Of a DNA stretch of 33,756 nucleotides, positions 18,787 through 27,623 are shown piece by piece (the first letter of the stretch is position 1; every line of letters starts with the position of its first letter). The notes under the pieces are model-generated. The model did no database searches. It was not told the DNA's origin and was given only the letters and a program-made list of their open reading frames with translations. Made by a program: the position numbers and the translations under genes. Where the stretch lies: NCBI GenBank assembly GCA_027593235.1, contig JAQCIU010000031.1:1-33756 (forward strand), written 5' to 3'. Origin of the DNA: Chloroflexota bacterium (GTDB lineage Bacteria; Chloroflexota; Dehalococcoidia; UBA2979).

Positions 18787-19641
18787 CTAGAAGAACACGA
18801 ACCCGAGCCCAGCCAACGCCGGCAGCGCGAACCAGACCAGCGCCGTCAGCACGATCGCGATCGTCGCGAAGAGCACCGCGGCATCCTCGGGCGGGGTTCC
18901 CGCGCCACCGATCGTCTCCCACAGCGCCGCCAACGGCTGGCGCACGATCAACTGGCTGCGGTGTCGCGCCAGCGCCGCCCCGCGTAGCAACAGCCACGAC
19001 AGCGACACGAACAGCAGCAGCGAAATCGCCGCGCCGACGAGCACCCAGCGTGCGTTGAAGTCGATCGCCCCGAGCTGCTGACCCAGTGACGCCAGCACCG
19101 GCACCATCGCGCCGGCCACCAGCAGCAGCGGCGCGCCGACGCCACCGCCCGAGTACGCCGGCGCCAGCCGTTGCATGTCCACCCGCGCCCGCGTCAGCAC
19201 GCGACGCTCCGGCGAACCAGGCAACGATTGGCTCTCCCGCTGCGCGTAGAGCTTCCCGAGGTCGCCCACCACCCGCTTGGTATAGGACCGCACGATGAAC
19301 TCCGCCACGAACTCCACCGCCGGTAACGCGATTGCTCGCAGCGGCGCAAACCCGCCCACCGGCGGGTTCCGGGAACCGTCGCGGTCCAAGACCTCGATGG
19401 CACGCATGACCAGGCGGTGCGCCTCCTCGAAGCGCGCCGGCGCCGCCAGCGGCGTGCCGCGCGCGAGATCCGAGGCGAGCCGCGCGTCCGCTTCGCTATC
19501 GCCACCGATGCGCCCCAGCGCGCGCTCCGCCACATCCGCCGGGCTGCCCGTCAGCAGGCTGCGCGTGCGATCGAGCTGATCGGTCAGCTCGTCCAGCAGC
19601 AGTTCATCCGGGCGACGTGGCGCTCGTGGCGGTTCTGTCAT
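18787..19641 (-). CDS. Hypothetical membrane protein (soluble helical N-terminus, about 3 TM segments)
   Basis: 284-aa ORF with coding-like codon usage and hydrophobic segments in the C-terminal half; family not recognised. Confidence 0.8.
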   Translation of the reverse strand: MTEPPRAPRRPDELLLDELTDQLDRTRSLLTGSPADVAERALGRIGGDSEADARLASDLARGTPLAAPARFEEAHRLVMRAIEVLDRDGSRNPPVGGFAPLRAIALPAVEFVAEFIVRSYTKRVVGDLGKLYAQRESQSLPGSPERRVLTRARVDMQRLAPAYSGGGVGAPLLLVAGAMVPVLASLGQQLGAIDFNARWVLVGAAISLLLFVSLSWLLLRGAALARHRSQLIVRQPLAALWETIGGAGTPPEDAAVLFATIAIVLTALVWFALPALAGLGFVFF

Positions 19642-19802
19642 CGCGCCATCATCCAGCCCACGCCCTCACCTCGCCAGTGCCGCGTGTGGTCGCGGCGCGA
19701 TGCCCACGGGGGGACCTCGTTGGGTGTCGCCGATCGCTGTCGGCGTGCCGCCAGTCAGGTGACGGCCATGCAGAATCGGCTCGGTCAACGCTCGTTCAAC
19801 GT

Positions 19803-19861
19803 CTATCCACCGTAGTGGGGACAAGTCCCGCACAGCCTGTGGACGCGCGGCGTTGTCCCAG
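19803..19861. promoter_or_regulatory. Cluster of DnaA-box-like 9-mers upstream of nrdR
   Basis: CTATCCACC (19803,+), TTGTCCCCA (19816-19824,-), GCGTCCACA (19838-19846,-), TTGTCCCAG (19853,+); 1-2 mismatches to TTRTCCACA. Confidence 0.3.
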
Positions 19862-19948
19862 CTCCGACCAGCGTGCTCTACTCCCGTCTACCCCCAGGAA
19901 GTGACCGCACCCACCCAGCTCCCTGTGGCAGCGAGGGCCCACATTCGT

Positions 19949-20548
19949 ATGAACTGTCCGTTCTGTGGCAAGGACGCCAGCAGCGAGACGACCGTCGTCG
20001 AAACCCGAGAGGCGGTTGCCGGCGTCTACCGGCAACGACGGTGCGCGAGCTGCGACGAGCCGTTCACGACCGTTGAACAAGTACAACCCACCGTGATTAT
20101 GGTCGTGAAGAAGGATGGACGCCGCGAGGAGTTCCAGCGTCAGAAATTGTTGACCAGCCTCCGCATCGCCGCGCGCAAGCGCCCGTTGCCGGAGGGTGCG
20201 CTCGAAGCAATCGTCGAGGACATCGAGCGGCGCGTCATGGGCTACCGCCATGGCGAGGTGGGAAGCCGCATTCTGAGCGAGATGGTGATCACCAGGCTCA
20301 AGGCTCTGGATCCGATCGCCTACATCCGCTTCGCGTCGATCTATCACCAGTTCGTGTCGCTCGAGCAGATGCTCGAGGAGCTGGAGCGGATTGCACTGGC
20401 GCCGGACGTTCCCGCGCCGGAGCAGGCGCGCATGTTCGACGATGGGCCGCTTGGCCTCGGCAGCACGGGCGTCGGCGCGGATGGCGTCGCGGCTCGGAAC
20501 AGCACGCCGATCGACCTCGCCGCGCACCGCGGCGTCGCGACTCGCTAG
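19949..20548 (+). CDS. nrdR: Ribonucleotide reductase repressor NrdR (divergent, C-terminally extended)
   Basis: MNCPFC...CASC..PFTTVE zinc ribbon, ATP cone VVKKDGRREEF, LDPIAYIRFASIY. Confidence 0.93.
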   Translation: MNCPFCGKDASSETTVVETREAVAGVYRQRRCASCDEPFTTVEQVQPTVIMVVKKDGRREEFQRQKLLTSLRIAARKRPLPEGALEAIVEDIERRVMGYRHGEVGSRILSEMVITRLKALDPIAYIRFASIYHQFVSLEQMLEELERIALAPDVPAPEQARMFDDGPLGLGSTGVGADGVAARNSTPIDLAAHRGVATR

Positions 20549-20675
20549 CGCACACACGCCGGCTGCGGGGTTCCCCGATCAGGGGAGCCCCGTTGCAGCG
20601 CGGGGCGCCCAGACCCCACCCTCGAGCGACAACTGTCCACGGACTCGCGATGTCCGTCCGACCACCGGGGCGCCG

Positions 20676-21392
20676 ATGTTCTGCATCCACTGCGGTACCG
20701 AGGCCAACAACGAGGACCGCTTCTGCCGTTCTTGCGGTCGCGAACTGACGGCGCCACCACCCGAAGGCAACGCCGAGCGGGGACCGATCCCGGCAGGCGG
20801 TCAGCCAGGGCCAAGCTGGAGCGGACAGCCACGCGCCGTCGCACCCTCGATGGCGGCGGGGCAACCCGGCCGGACGGCGGGACGGCTGCTGGGCGACGGT
20901 CCCGCGGAGCTGGCTCCCAACGGCCGGCGCATCAGCGCGTTTCTGATTGATATCGGGTTTGCGGCGGGGTCCTGGTTCGCGATCGCCGTCATCTTCGCGA
21001 TCGGCTATTTCGCCGTGAACGGCATCCCGGAGAACGGCAACATCCCGATCGCCGATCAGGACCGCCTCGGCCTGTGGATGTGGCTGTCCTGGATTCTGAT
21101 CATGTTGGTCGGCACATGGGTCGCCAACGCTACCGGCGGAACCGTCGGCAAGCGCATCCTTGGTCTCCGCATCGTCCGCACCAACCTGGAGCCGCCCGGG
21201 ATCGGCTGGGGCCTTGGGCGAACGCTCACGGCCTGGCTGAGCTGGATACCGGTTGGACTTGGTTTCCTCTGGGGCACCTGGGACGATTCCGGACAGACGT
21301 GGCACGACAAGATGAGTGGCACCTACGTCGTGCGGGTCGATTCCCTTCCGGTGAGACCCGTACCTGCCGCTGAGCCCAGTTCCTTACACTGA
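20676..21392 (+). CDS. Zinc-ribbon + RDD-family membrane protein
   Basis: MFCIHCG...RFCRSCG, Pro/Gly linker, RRISAFLID, TVGKRILGLRIV, QTWHDKMSGTYVV. Confidence 0.88.
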   Translation: MFCIHCGTEANNEDRFCRSCGRELTAPPPEGNAERGPIPAGGQPGPSWSGQPRAVAPSMAAGQPGRTAGRLLGDGPAELAPNGRRISAFLIDIGFAAGSWFAIAVIFAIGYFAVNGIPENGNIPIADQDRLGLWMWLSWILIMLVGTWVANATGGTVGKRILGLRIVRTNLEPPGIGWGLGRTLTAWLSWIPVGLGFLWGTWDDSGQTWHDKMSGTYVVRVDSLPVRPVPAAEPSSLH

Positions 21393-21435
21393 GTGCACAT
21401 CCCGGCGGCGGCGTCATGTCACCGTTGAGGGCTGA

Positions 21436-21451
21436 CAGAACATCTGTTCTG
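21436..21451. promoter_or_regulatory. LexA (SOS) box upstream of nrdJ
   Basis: CAGAAC-ATCT-GTTCTG with perfectly palindromic arms, 56 bp before the ATG, followed 1 nt later by TACACG, the same box-to-(-10) geometry as at recA. Confidence 0.75.
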
Positions 21452-21507
21452 ATACACGGGCAGCCTCCGAAGCGAGCGCGACCGCGCCGCGAGGCGTTCG
21501 GAATCAC

Positions 21508-23727
21508 ATGGTAGCCACCGACCACATCCGCACCGCCCCCGTCACGTTGACCGGCAACGCCGGCACCGTCCTCGAGCGCCGCTACCTGCTGCGCGACGAC
21601 CGTGGCGCCGTGGTCGAGACGCCCGAGGAGCTGCTCGCGCGCGTCGCGACCGCGATCGCGGCTGTCGAGGTCGGCGAGACCGCGCAGCGGCAGTGGGCGC
21701 AGCGCTTCTACGACGAGATGGCGACGCTCCGCTTCCTCCCCAACTCCCCCACGTTGATGAACGCCGGCACTGGGCGCGGCACGCTCGCCGCCTGTTTCGT
21801 GCTGCCGATCGAGGACAGCCTCGAGTCGATCATGGCGACCGCCGAGGCGGCGGCGATGGTCCAGAAGTTCGGGGGCGGCACCGGCTTCGCGTTCTCGCGC
21901 TTGCGCGGCATCGGCGAACCGATCGCCTCGACCCACGGATCCGCCTGCGGTCCCGTTTCCGTGCTCCGGCATTACGACGACGTCTCGCGGCTGGTGACGC
22001 AGGGCGGGAAGCGCGACGGCGCGAACATGGGGATCCTGCGCGTCGATCACCCGGACATCGAGCAGTTCATCCACGCCAAGGACGACGGCGTCAGCGCACA
22101 GCGCTTCAACCTCTCCATCGGCGTGACCAACGACTTCCTGGCTGCGGCCGCCCGAGGCGACGCGTTCACGCTCCGCGACCCGCGCGACGGCAGCCCGCGA
22201 GGCGAGATCGACGCCGCGGCGTTGCTGGACGAGATTGCCCGCGCCGCGTGGACCACCGGCGACCCCGGGCTGGTCTTCCTCGACGAGATCAACCGCCACA
22301 ACCCGACCCCCGCGCTCGGCGAGATCGAGGCGACCAATCCCTGCGGCGAGGTTCCGCTGCTGCCATGGGAGGCGTGCACCCTCGGTTCGATCAACGTCGC
22401 GCGCTTCTGGGATGCCGCCGCGGGGGACCTCGACTGGGCCGCGCTCGAGGAGACGGTGCGCCTTGGGGTGCGGTTCCTCGACAACGTCGTCGAGGCGAAC
22501 ACCTTCCCCGTGCCGCAGATCGCCGAGGCGGTCCGTGGCAACCGCAAGATCGGCCTCGGGATGATGGGTTGGGCGGACCTCCTCATCGCCGCCGCTATCC
22601 CGTACGAGAGCGACGAAGCGATCGCCCTCGCGGAGCGGCTGGCGACCTCGATCGGGCGGGTCGCCGACGAGGCCTCGGCGGCACTGGGCGAGGAGAAAGG
22701 CGTCTTCCCGAACTGGGAGCGCTCCATCTACGCCGGTGGTCCGCGCTACCGGAACGCCACGCGCACCTGCATCGCCCCGACCGGGACGATCGCGATCATC
22801 GCCGGCGCCTCGTCCGGCATCGAGCCGCTGTTCTCGCTGGCGCACTACCGGCGGATGGGCGACGGCACCGTGCTGCCCGAGGTCAACGAGGCGTTCCAGA
22901 CCGCGGCGCAGGCGGCCGGCTACGCCTCGGACGAACTGGCCGAGGCGCTGATCGCCGGCGCCAGCCTCGCCAGCCGCGACGAGGTGCCCGACGCCGATCG
23001 GGCCCGCTTCGCCACGGCGCACGAGATCAGCCCCGACTGGCACGTCCGCATGCAGGCGGCATTCCAGGCACACACCGACCTCGCGGTCTCGAAGACCGTG
23101 AACCTCCCTCGCGACGCCAGCATCGAGGATGTGCACCGCGTCTACCGGCTCGCGCATGAGCTGCACTGCAAGGGCGTGACCGTCTACCGCGACGGATCGC
23201 GCGCGGTGCAGGTGCTGGCCCACGCGCGCGAGGAGACGACGTCACCGATCGAGCCACGACGCCGTCACCTGGCGGATGAGCGGCAGTCGCTCACCCACAA
23301 GTTCCGTGTCGGCGAGCAAGAGGGCTACATCACGGTCGGCCTTTACGAGGACGGCGCGCCCGGCGAGGTCTTCATCAAGATCGCCAAGGAGGGCTCGACG
23401 GTATCCGGGCTGACAGACGCCGTTGCGCTGCTCACCTCGATCGCCCTGCAGTACGGCGTGAGCCTCGACAAGTTGGCCGACAAGCTGGAGCAGACGCGGT
23501 TCGAGCCGTACGGCATCACCGCGAACCCGGACATCCCGTTCGCCACCAGCCTGCTGGACTACGTGTTCCGCTGGCTCCGCCTCCACTTCGGAACGCCCGA
23601 GGTGGCGCGTCCGGCCGGAGCGGCGGCTCCACTCTCCGGCCTCACCTGCCCGGACTGCGGCATGCAGCTCGAATTCGCGGAGCGCTGTCTGGTCTGCCAG
23701 TCGTGCGGCTACACGAAGTGCGGCTGA
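21508..23727 (+). CDS. nrdJ: Class II (adenosylcobalamin-dependent) ribonucleotide reductase
   Basis: FLPNSPTLMNAG, LAACFV, GGGTG, TNPCGE, CTLGSIN, IAPTGT, KGVTVYRDGSR, TSCPD-like domain, C-terminal CxxC..CxxC..C; no nrdB nearby. Confidence 0.93.
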   Translation: MVATDHIRTAPVTLTGNAGTVLERRYLLRDDRGAVVETPEELLARVATAIAAVEVGETAQRQWAQRFYDEMATLRFLPNSPTLMNAGTGRGTLAACFVLPIEDSLESIMATAEAAAMVQKFGGGTGFAFSRLRGIGEPIASTHGSACGPVSVLRHYDDVSRLVTQGGKRDGANMGILRVDHPDIEQFIHAKDDGVSAQRFNLSIGVTNDFLAAAARGDAFTLRDPRDGSPRGEIDAAALLDEIARAAWTTGDPGLVFLDEINRHNPTPALGEIEATNPCGEVPLLPWEACTLGSINVARFWDAAAGDLDWAALEETVRLGVRFLDNVVEANTFPVPQIAEAVRGNRKIGLGMMGWADLLIAAAIPYESDEAIALAERLATSIGRVADEASAALGEEKGVFPNWERSIYAGGPRYRNATRTCIAPTGTIAIIAGASSGIEPLFSLAHYRRMGDGTVLPEVNEAFQTAAQAAGYASDELAEALIAGASLASRDEVPDADRARFATAHEISPDWHVRMQAAFQAHTDLAVSKTVNLPRDASIEDVHRVYRLAHELHCKGVTVYRDGSRAVQVLAHAREETTSPIEPRRRHLADERQSLTHKFRVGEQEGYITVGLYEDGAPGEVFIKIAKEGSTVSGLTDAVALLTSIALQYGVSLDKLADKLEQTRFEPYGITANPDIPFATSLLDYVFRWLRLHFGTPEVARPAGAAAPLSGLTCPDCGMQLEFAERCLVCQSCGYTKCG

Positions 23728-23889
23728 CCGCCGGCTGAGCCCATCCGGGCGCCGCGGAGCCGCGTCCCGCGCCCCGTCCGCTCCGGCGCACGGCGTCAGC
23801 ACCGCTCACGGCACGCCGCGAGGTGGCTCCGCGTACACTGGCAAGCGGAACGGCATCCGGCGGTCGAAGCGGACACGGCAGGCGTTCAG

Positions 23890-24162
23890 ATGAGCTACGG
23901 CTACGAACCTCCAAAACAACAGCAACCCGGAAGCTGGTCCGAGGTCTTCGTCATCACGAAGGTCGCGTTTGGGCTGCTCCTCCCGTTCCTCGGCGGCATG
24001 ATTGCGCTGATCGCTACCTTCGTCGCAATCATCATCCTGTTCTCAATTCACCCGGCGCTAGCGCTGATCCCGCTAACCCCGATCGCTGCCGTGATCGCCT
24101 ACGTCCTGCGCCGTGAGCGGCAGGCGCACGACGCCGAGGTCGCGCGCATCCAGGGCGAGTAG
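23890..24162 (+). CDS. Small hypothetical membrane protein
   Basis: 90 aa with a long hydrophobic core; 9 bp upstream of yggS. Confidence 0.75.
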   Translation: MSYGYEPPKQQQPGSWSEVFVITKVAFGLLLPFLGGMIALIATFVAIIILFSIHPALALIPLTPIAAVIAYVLRRERQAHDAEVARIQGE

Positions 24163-24171
24163 CTGCCGCCC

Positions 24172-24885
24172 GTGACCACAGCCGATGCACGCACCGACGC
24201 GATCGCCGCGAACCTGAGCGCTGTCCGCGCCGAGGTCGCCGCGGCCTGCGTACGGGCTGGACGCGATCCCGCCTCCGTGACCATCGTCGGCGTCTCCAAG
24301 ACGCACGGCTTCGAGGTGATCGAGGCCGCCGTCCGCGCTCGGATGCTGGACCTCGGCGAAAATCGCGCCCAGGAGTTCGTACCGAAGGCGGAGGCCGCTG
24401 CGGCGGCCGGTCTGACGCCAAGCTGGCATTTCATCGGCCACCTACAGCGCAACAAGGCGCGGCAGGTGATCCCGCACCTTGGCACCCTGCATTCGCTGGA
24501 TTCAGAGGGGCTGGTTACCGAGATCGGGAACCGCTGGGCGTCAGGGATTCGCCCCACTTCGGGCACGCCGATCCGCTGCTACCTTGAGGTGAATATCGCC
24601 GGTGAGGCCCAAAAGCACGGCGTCGCGCCTGGCGCGATTGCGCCATTGCTGTCGGCTGCCAGAGATTGCGCCGCCCTGGAGGTTGCCGGTCTGATGACCG
24701 TCGCGCCGCGCAGTGATGACCCGGAACAGGTGCGCCCGGTCTTTCGGGAGCTACGCGCGCTGGCCGAATCGCTCGGCCTCCCGGGGCTTTCGATGGGTAT
24801 GACGGACGACTACCCGGTGGCGATCGAGGAGGGCGCCACGATCGTGCGAATTGGGCGAGCGATCTTCGGCGATCGTCGCGGCTAA
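24172..24885 (+). CDS. yggS: PLP homeostasis protein, YggS/PROSC family
   Basis: VGVSKT, GENRAQE, WHFIGHLQRNK, EVN..GE.QKHG, GLMT, LSMGMTDDY, GATIVRIGRAIFG. Confidence 0.96.
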   Translation: MTTADARTDAIAANLSAVRAEVAAACVRAGRDPASVTIVGVSKTHGFEVIEAAVRARMLDLGENRAQEFVPKAEAAAAAGLTPSWHFIGHLQRNKARQVIPHLGTLHSLDSEGLVTEIGNRWASGIRPTSGTPIRCYLEVNIAGEAQKHGVAPGAIAPLLSAARDCAALEVAGLMTVAPRSDDPEQVRPVFRELRALAESLGLPGLSMGMTDDYPVAIEEGATIVRIGRAIFGDRRG

Positions 24886-24913
24886 CCTCGGGCAACACGG
24901 AACGGATTCAACG

Positions 24914-25720
24914 ATGCGCGTTGGACTGCTTGGCGGCGGATTCATGGGAGAGGCGTTCCTGCGCGGCCTCTTGCGTGCCGGTGCGGCCATGCCGCAGGAC
25001 ATCGCGGTTGCCGAGATCAGCGAGTCCCGTCGCACGGTCCTCAGCGAATACGGGGTGCGGCTCACGTCGGACCTCGAAAGCGCCTGTATCGGCGCGGAGC
25101 TGGTGCTGGTCGCGCTGAAGCCACAGGACGTCGACACAATCAGCTCGCTGCGGGGAGCCCTCCCCTCGGACTCGGTACTCGTCTCCATCGCCGCCGGCGT
25201 CACGCTGGGCGATCTCCAACGTCTCTCCGGACACCGCGCCTGCGTGCGTGTGATGCCCAACCTTCCCGCCGCGATCGGCGAGGGCGCCGCCGCCTACCTC
25301 GTTGCGACCGAGGTCACGGAGCTGCAACGCAAGCGCCTGCACCAGGTGCTGGACGCCGTCTCCACCGTCGCGATCGAGGTCGAGGACGATGAGGCGGTAG
25401 ACCTCGCGACGGCGCTGCACGGTTCTGGGCCCGCTTATGTCTACTACGTCATCGAGGCGATGATCGACGCCGGCGTTCGCCTCGGCATGCGCCGCGCCAA
25501 CGCGACCTCGCTCGTGCTCGCCACCGTCGCCGGATCGGCGCGCTACGCGATCGAGAACGGCGCCCATCCGGCGGAGCTGCGGAACGCCGTGACCTCGCCC
25601 GGTGGCACCACCGCGGCCGCCCTCGCGGAACTCGAATCGGCCGGCGTGCGCGCCGCGTTCGATGACGCGATCGATGCCGCATTCAGGCGCGCCCGCGAAC
25701 TCGCCGAAGACACCGACTGA
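24914..25720 (+). CDS. proC: Pyrroline-5-carboxylate reductase
   Basis: GGGFMG, ALKPQ, SIAAG, RVMPN, GSGPAY, VTSPGGTT. Confidence 0.95.
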   Translation: MRVGLLGGGFMGEAFLRGLLRAGAAMPQDIAVAEISESRRTVLSEYGVRLTSDLESACIGAELVLVALKPQDVDTISSLRGALPSDSVLVSIAAGVTLGDLQRLSGHRACVRVMPNLPAAIGEGAAAYLVATEVTELQRKRLHQVLDAVSTVAIEVEDDEAVDLATALHGSGPAYVYYVIEAMIDAGVRLGMRRANATSLVLATVAGSARYAIENGAHPAELRNAVTSPGGTTAAALAELESAGVRAAFDDAIDAAFRRARELAEDTD

Positions 25721-25736
25721 CCGGAAGGACCCGGAC

Positions 25737-25988
25737 ATGGTTCCTGTAATCCAGGGCATTGGCTTGCTGCTGCAGTTGCTTGGCCTGGCGATTTTCGCCC
25801 GGGCGTTGCTGAGCTGGTTCCCGATCGACCGCAACGGTCCGATCTTTCAGGCGTTGAACGCCGTCACAGATCCGATCCTCGATCCGCTTCGCCGCGTGAT
25901 CCCACCGATCGGCATGATCGACATCTCGTCGATGGTCGCGATCTTCGCGCTGCTGATCGTTGGACAGGAACTCGCCCGCTACTCCTGA
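25737..25988 (+). CDS. yggT: YggT/YlmG-family membrane protein
   Basis: RALLSWF, TDPILDPLRRVIP, GMIDIS; GGAAGG RBS. Confidence 0.92.
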   Translation: MVPVIQGIGLLLQLLGLAIFARALLSWFPIDRNGPIFQALNAVTDPILDPLRRVIPPIGMIDISSMVAIFALLIVGQELARYS

Positions 25989-26011
25989 CCGTCCGCCGCG
26001 AATGCTGGGCG

Positions 26012-26296
26012 CTATAGCCGCGCCCGCACCTCGGCTTCGGACAGACCGCGGATCTCCACGACCTTGCGTCGTGAGTGGTGACCAGTCACGATCACGATCG
26101 AACGCCGCCCCACCCCCAGCCGTTTTGCGAGCAGCCGTTCAACCGCTTCGTTGGCCTTGCCGTCGACCGGCGGAGCCGTCACCCGGATGACCACCTCGCC
26201 ACCCAGCGTTGCTCCGATCACGTCCCGCGATGCACGCGGCGCGATTCGCACGGTGATCCGCGCCCGCGGTTCCTGATCGTTCGCCGGTAAAGCCAT
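26012..26296 (-). CDS. DUF167 (YggU) family protein
   Basis: VRIAPRASR, VTAPPVDGKANEA, GHHSRRK; GAGGG RBS before ATG 26296. Confidence 0.92.
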   Translation of the reverse strand: MALPANDQEPRARITVRIAPRASRDVIGATLGGEVVIRVTAPPVDGKANEAVERLLAKRLGVGRRSIVIVTGHHSRRKVVEIRGLSEAEVRARL

Positions 26297-26362
26297 CGCG
26301 GTCCCTCTCTGCTCTCTACACTGGACGATACGGCGCACCGACACGCAGGTGACGCGCAATGC

Positions 26363-26391
26363 TTGACCTAGAACGCCCGTTCTACTACTGT
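26363..26391 (+). promoter_or_regulatory. recA promoter with a LexA box in the spacer
   Basis: TTGACC(26363-26368)-17 bp-TACTGT(26386-26391); TAGAAC-GCCC-GTTCTA at 26369-26384. Confidence 0.9.
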
Positions 26392-26456
26392 TCGGAACGC
26401 GGCGATAGAGAAGTCATCGAAGCCCCTCGGGGGCGATACACGAGAGGCGCAATTTC

Positions 26457-27608
26457 ATGGCCAAGGCCAGCAAGACCGATACCCGACGCGACAACCTCAA
26501 TCGCGCGCTCGATCAGATCACGAAGGACTTCGGTAAAGGTGCCGTGATGCGCCTCGGCGACCCCGACGCCGCCATCCAGGTCTCCTCAATCCCGACCGGC
26601 GCGCTCTCGCTGGACATCGCCCTCGGTATCGGCGGCATCCCGCGCGGACGGATCACCGAGATCTTCGGACCGGAATCCGCCGGTAAGTCCACGCTCGCCC
26701 AGCACATTCTGGCCGAAGCACAGAAGAGCGGCGGCACCGCCGCCTACATCGATGTCGAGCACGCCATGGACCCGGCCTACGCCGCCGCCTGTGGCATCAA
26801 CGTCGACGAGCTTCTGATTTCGCAGCCCGACACCGGGGAGCAGGCCCTCGAGATCTGCGAGGCGCTGATCCGCTCCGGCGCGATCGACCTCGTGGTGATC
26901 GACTCCGTCGCAGCGCTCGTGCCGCGCGCGGAGATCGAGGGCGACATGGGCGACTCCCTCCCCGGTCTGCAGGCGCGGCTGATGTCGCAGGCGATGCGGA
27001 AGCTCACCTCCGCCGTCGCCCGCAACAACACCGCGCTGGTCTTCATCAACCAGCTGCGCGAGAAGATCGGCGTGATCTTCGGTAGCCCGGAGACCACCCC
27101 CGGCGGCCGCGCGCTGAAGTTCTACTCGTCCGTGCGCATCGACATCCGCCGCATCGAGTCGATCAAGGACGGCCAGAACTTCATCGGCAACCGTGTCCGC
27201 TGCAAGGTGGTCAAGAACAAGGTCGCGCCGCCGTTCCGCCAGGCGGAGTTCGACATCCTGTTCACCAGCGAACTCCACGGCATCAACCGCCACGGCGACA
27301 TCATCGACCTGGCCGCCGAGTACGACGTGGTAAAGAAGCTCGGTTCGTTCTACTCCTACGGCGATCTCCGCCTCGGCCAGGGTCGGATGAACTCCGCCGC
27401 CTACCTCCGCGAGCACGAGGAACTCAGTGCCGAGATCGAGGCGCTGGTGCGCACCGCCGCCGGCTTGAAGACCGGGGCCGTCGTCGATGACGCGGTCCTC
27501 GCGAAACCGGACGACGAGGATGTCGACCCGGAAGCGATGCTGGAAGCGATTGAAGCTGCAGTCGACGCCGAGACTGCTGATACTGCCGAACTGGTGATGG
27601 ACGCCTAG
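26457..27608 (+). CDS. recA: Recombinase RecA
   Basis: [57 protein letters not shown]; acidic C-terminal tail; no intein. Confidence 0.99.
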   Translation: MAKASKTDTRRDNLNRALDQITKDFGKGAVMRLGDPDAAIQVSSIPTGALSLDIALGIGGIPRGRITEIFGPESAGKSTLAQHILAEAQKSGGTAAYIDVEHAMDPAYAAACGINVDELLISQPDTGEQALEICEALIRSGAIDLVVIDSVAALVPRAEIEGDMGDSLPGLQARLMSQAMRKLTSAVARNNTALVFINQLREKIGVIFGSPETTPGGRALKFYSSVRIDIRRIESIKDGQNFIGNRVRCKVVKNKVAPPFRQAEFDILFTSELHGINRHGDIIDLAAEYDVVKKLGSFYSYGDLRLGQGRMNSAAYLREHEELSAEIEALVRTAAGLKTGAVVDDAVLAKPDDEDVDPEAMLEAIEAAVDAETADTAELVMDA

Positions 27609-27623
27609 CGGAGGCGACGCGTA

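Noticed and set aside
19786-19797. CAAC-GCTC-GTTC as a LexA box near nrdR
   Set aside because: Core mismatch, GC-rich spacer and no adjacent promoter elements; plausible by chance.
21435-21450. Reading the nrdJ upstream palindrome as an NrdR box
   Set aside because: It lacks the conserved C and G positions of the NrdR consensus and has no tandem partner; it fits GAAC-N4-GTTC exactly.
23728-23889. GC-rich inverted repeats after nrdJ as a terminator or ncRNA
   Set aside because: Short arms, a long loop and no U-tract; expected by chance in such GC-rich sequence.
21508-27608. Inteins or introns in NrdJ and RecA (known hotspots)
   Set aside because: Both have normal length with contiguous motifs; no splicing or homing-endonuclease signatures.
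27460-27608. Long acidic C-terminal tail of RecA
   Set aside because: Variable acidic tails are a well-known RecA feature.
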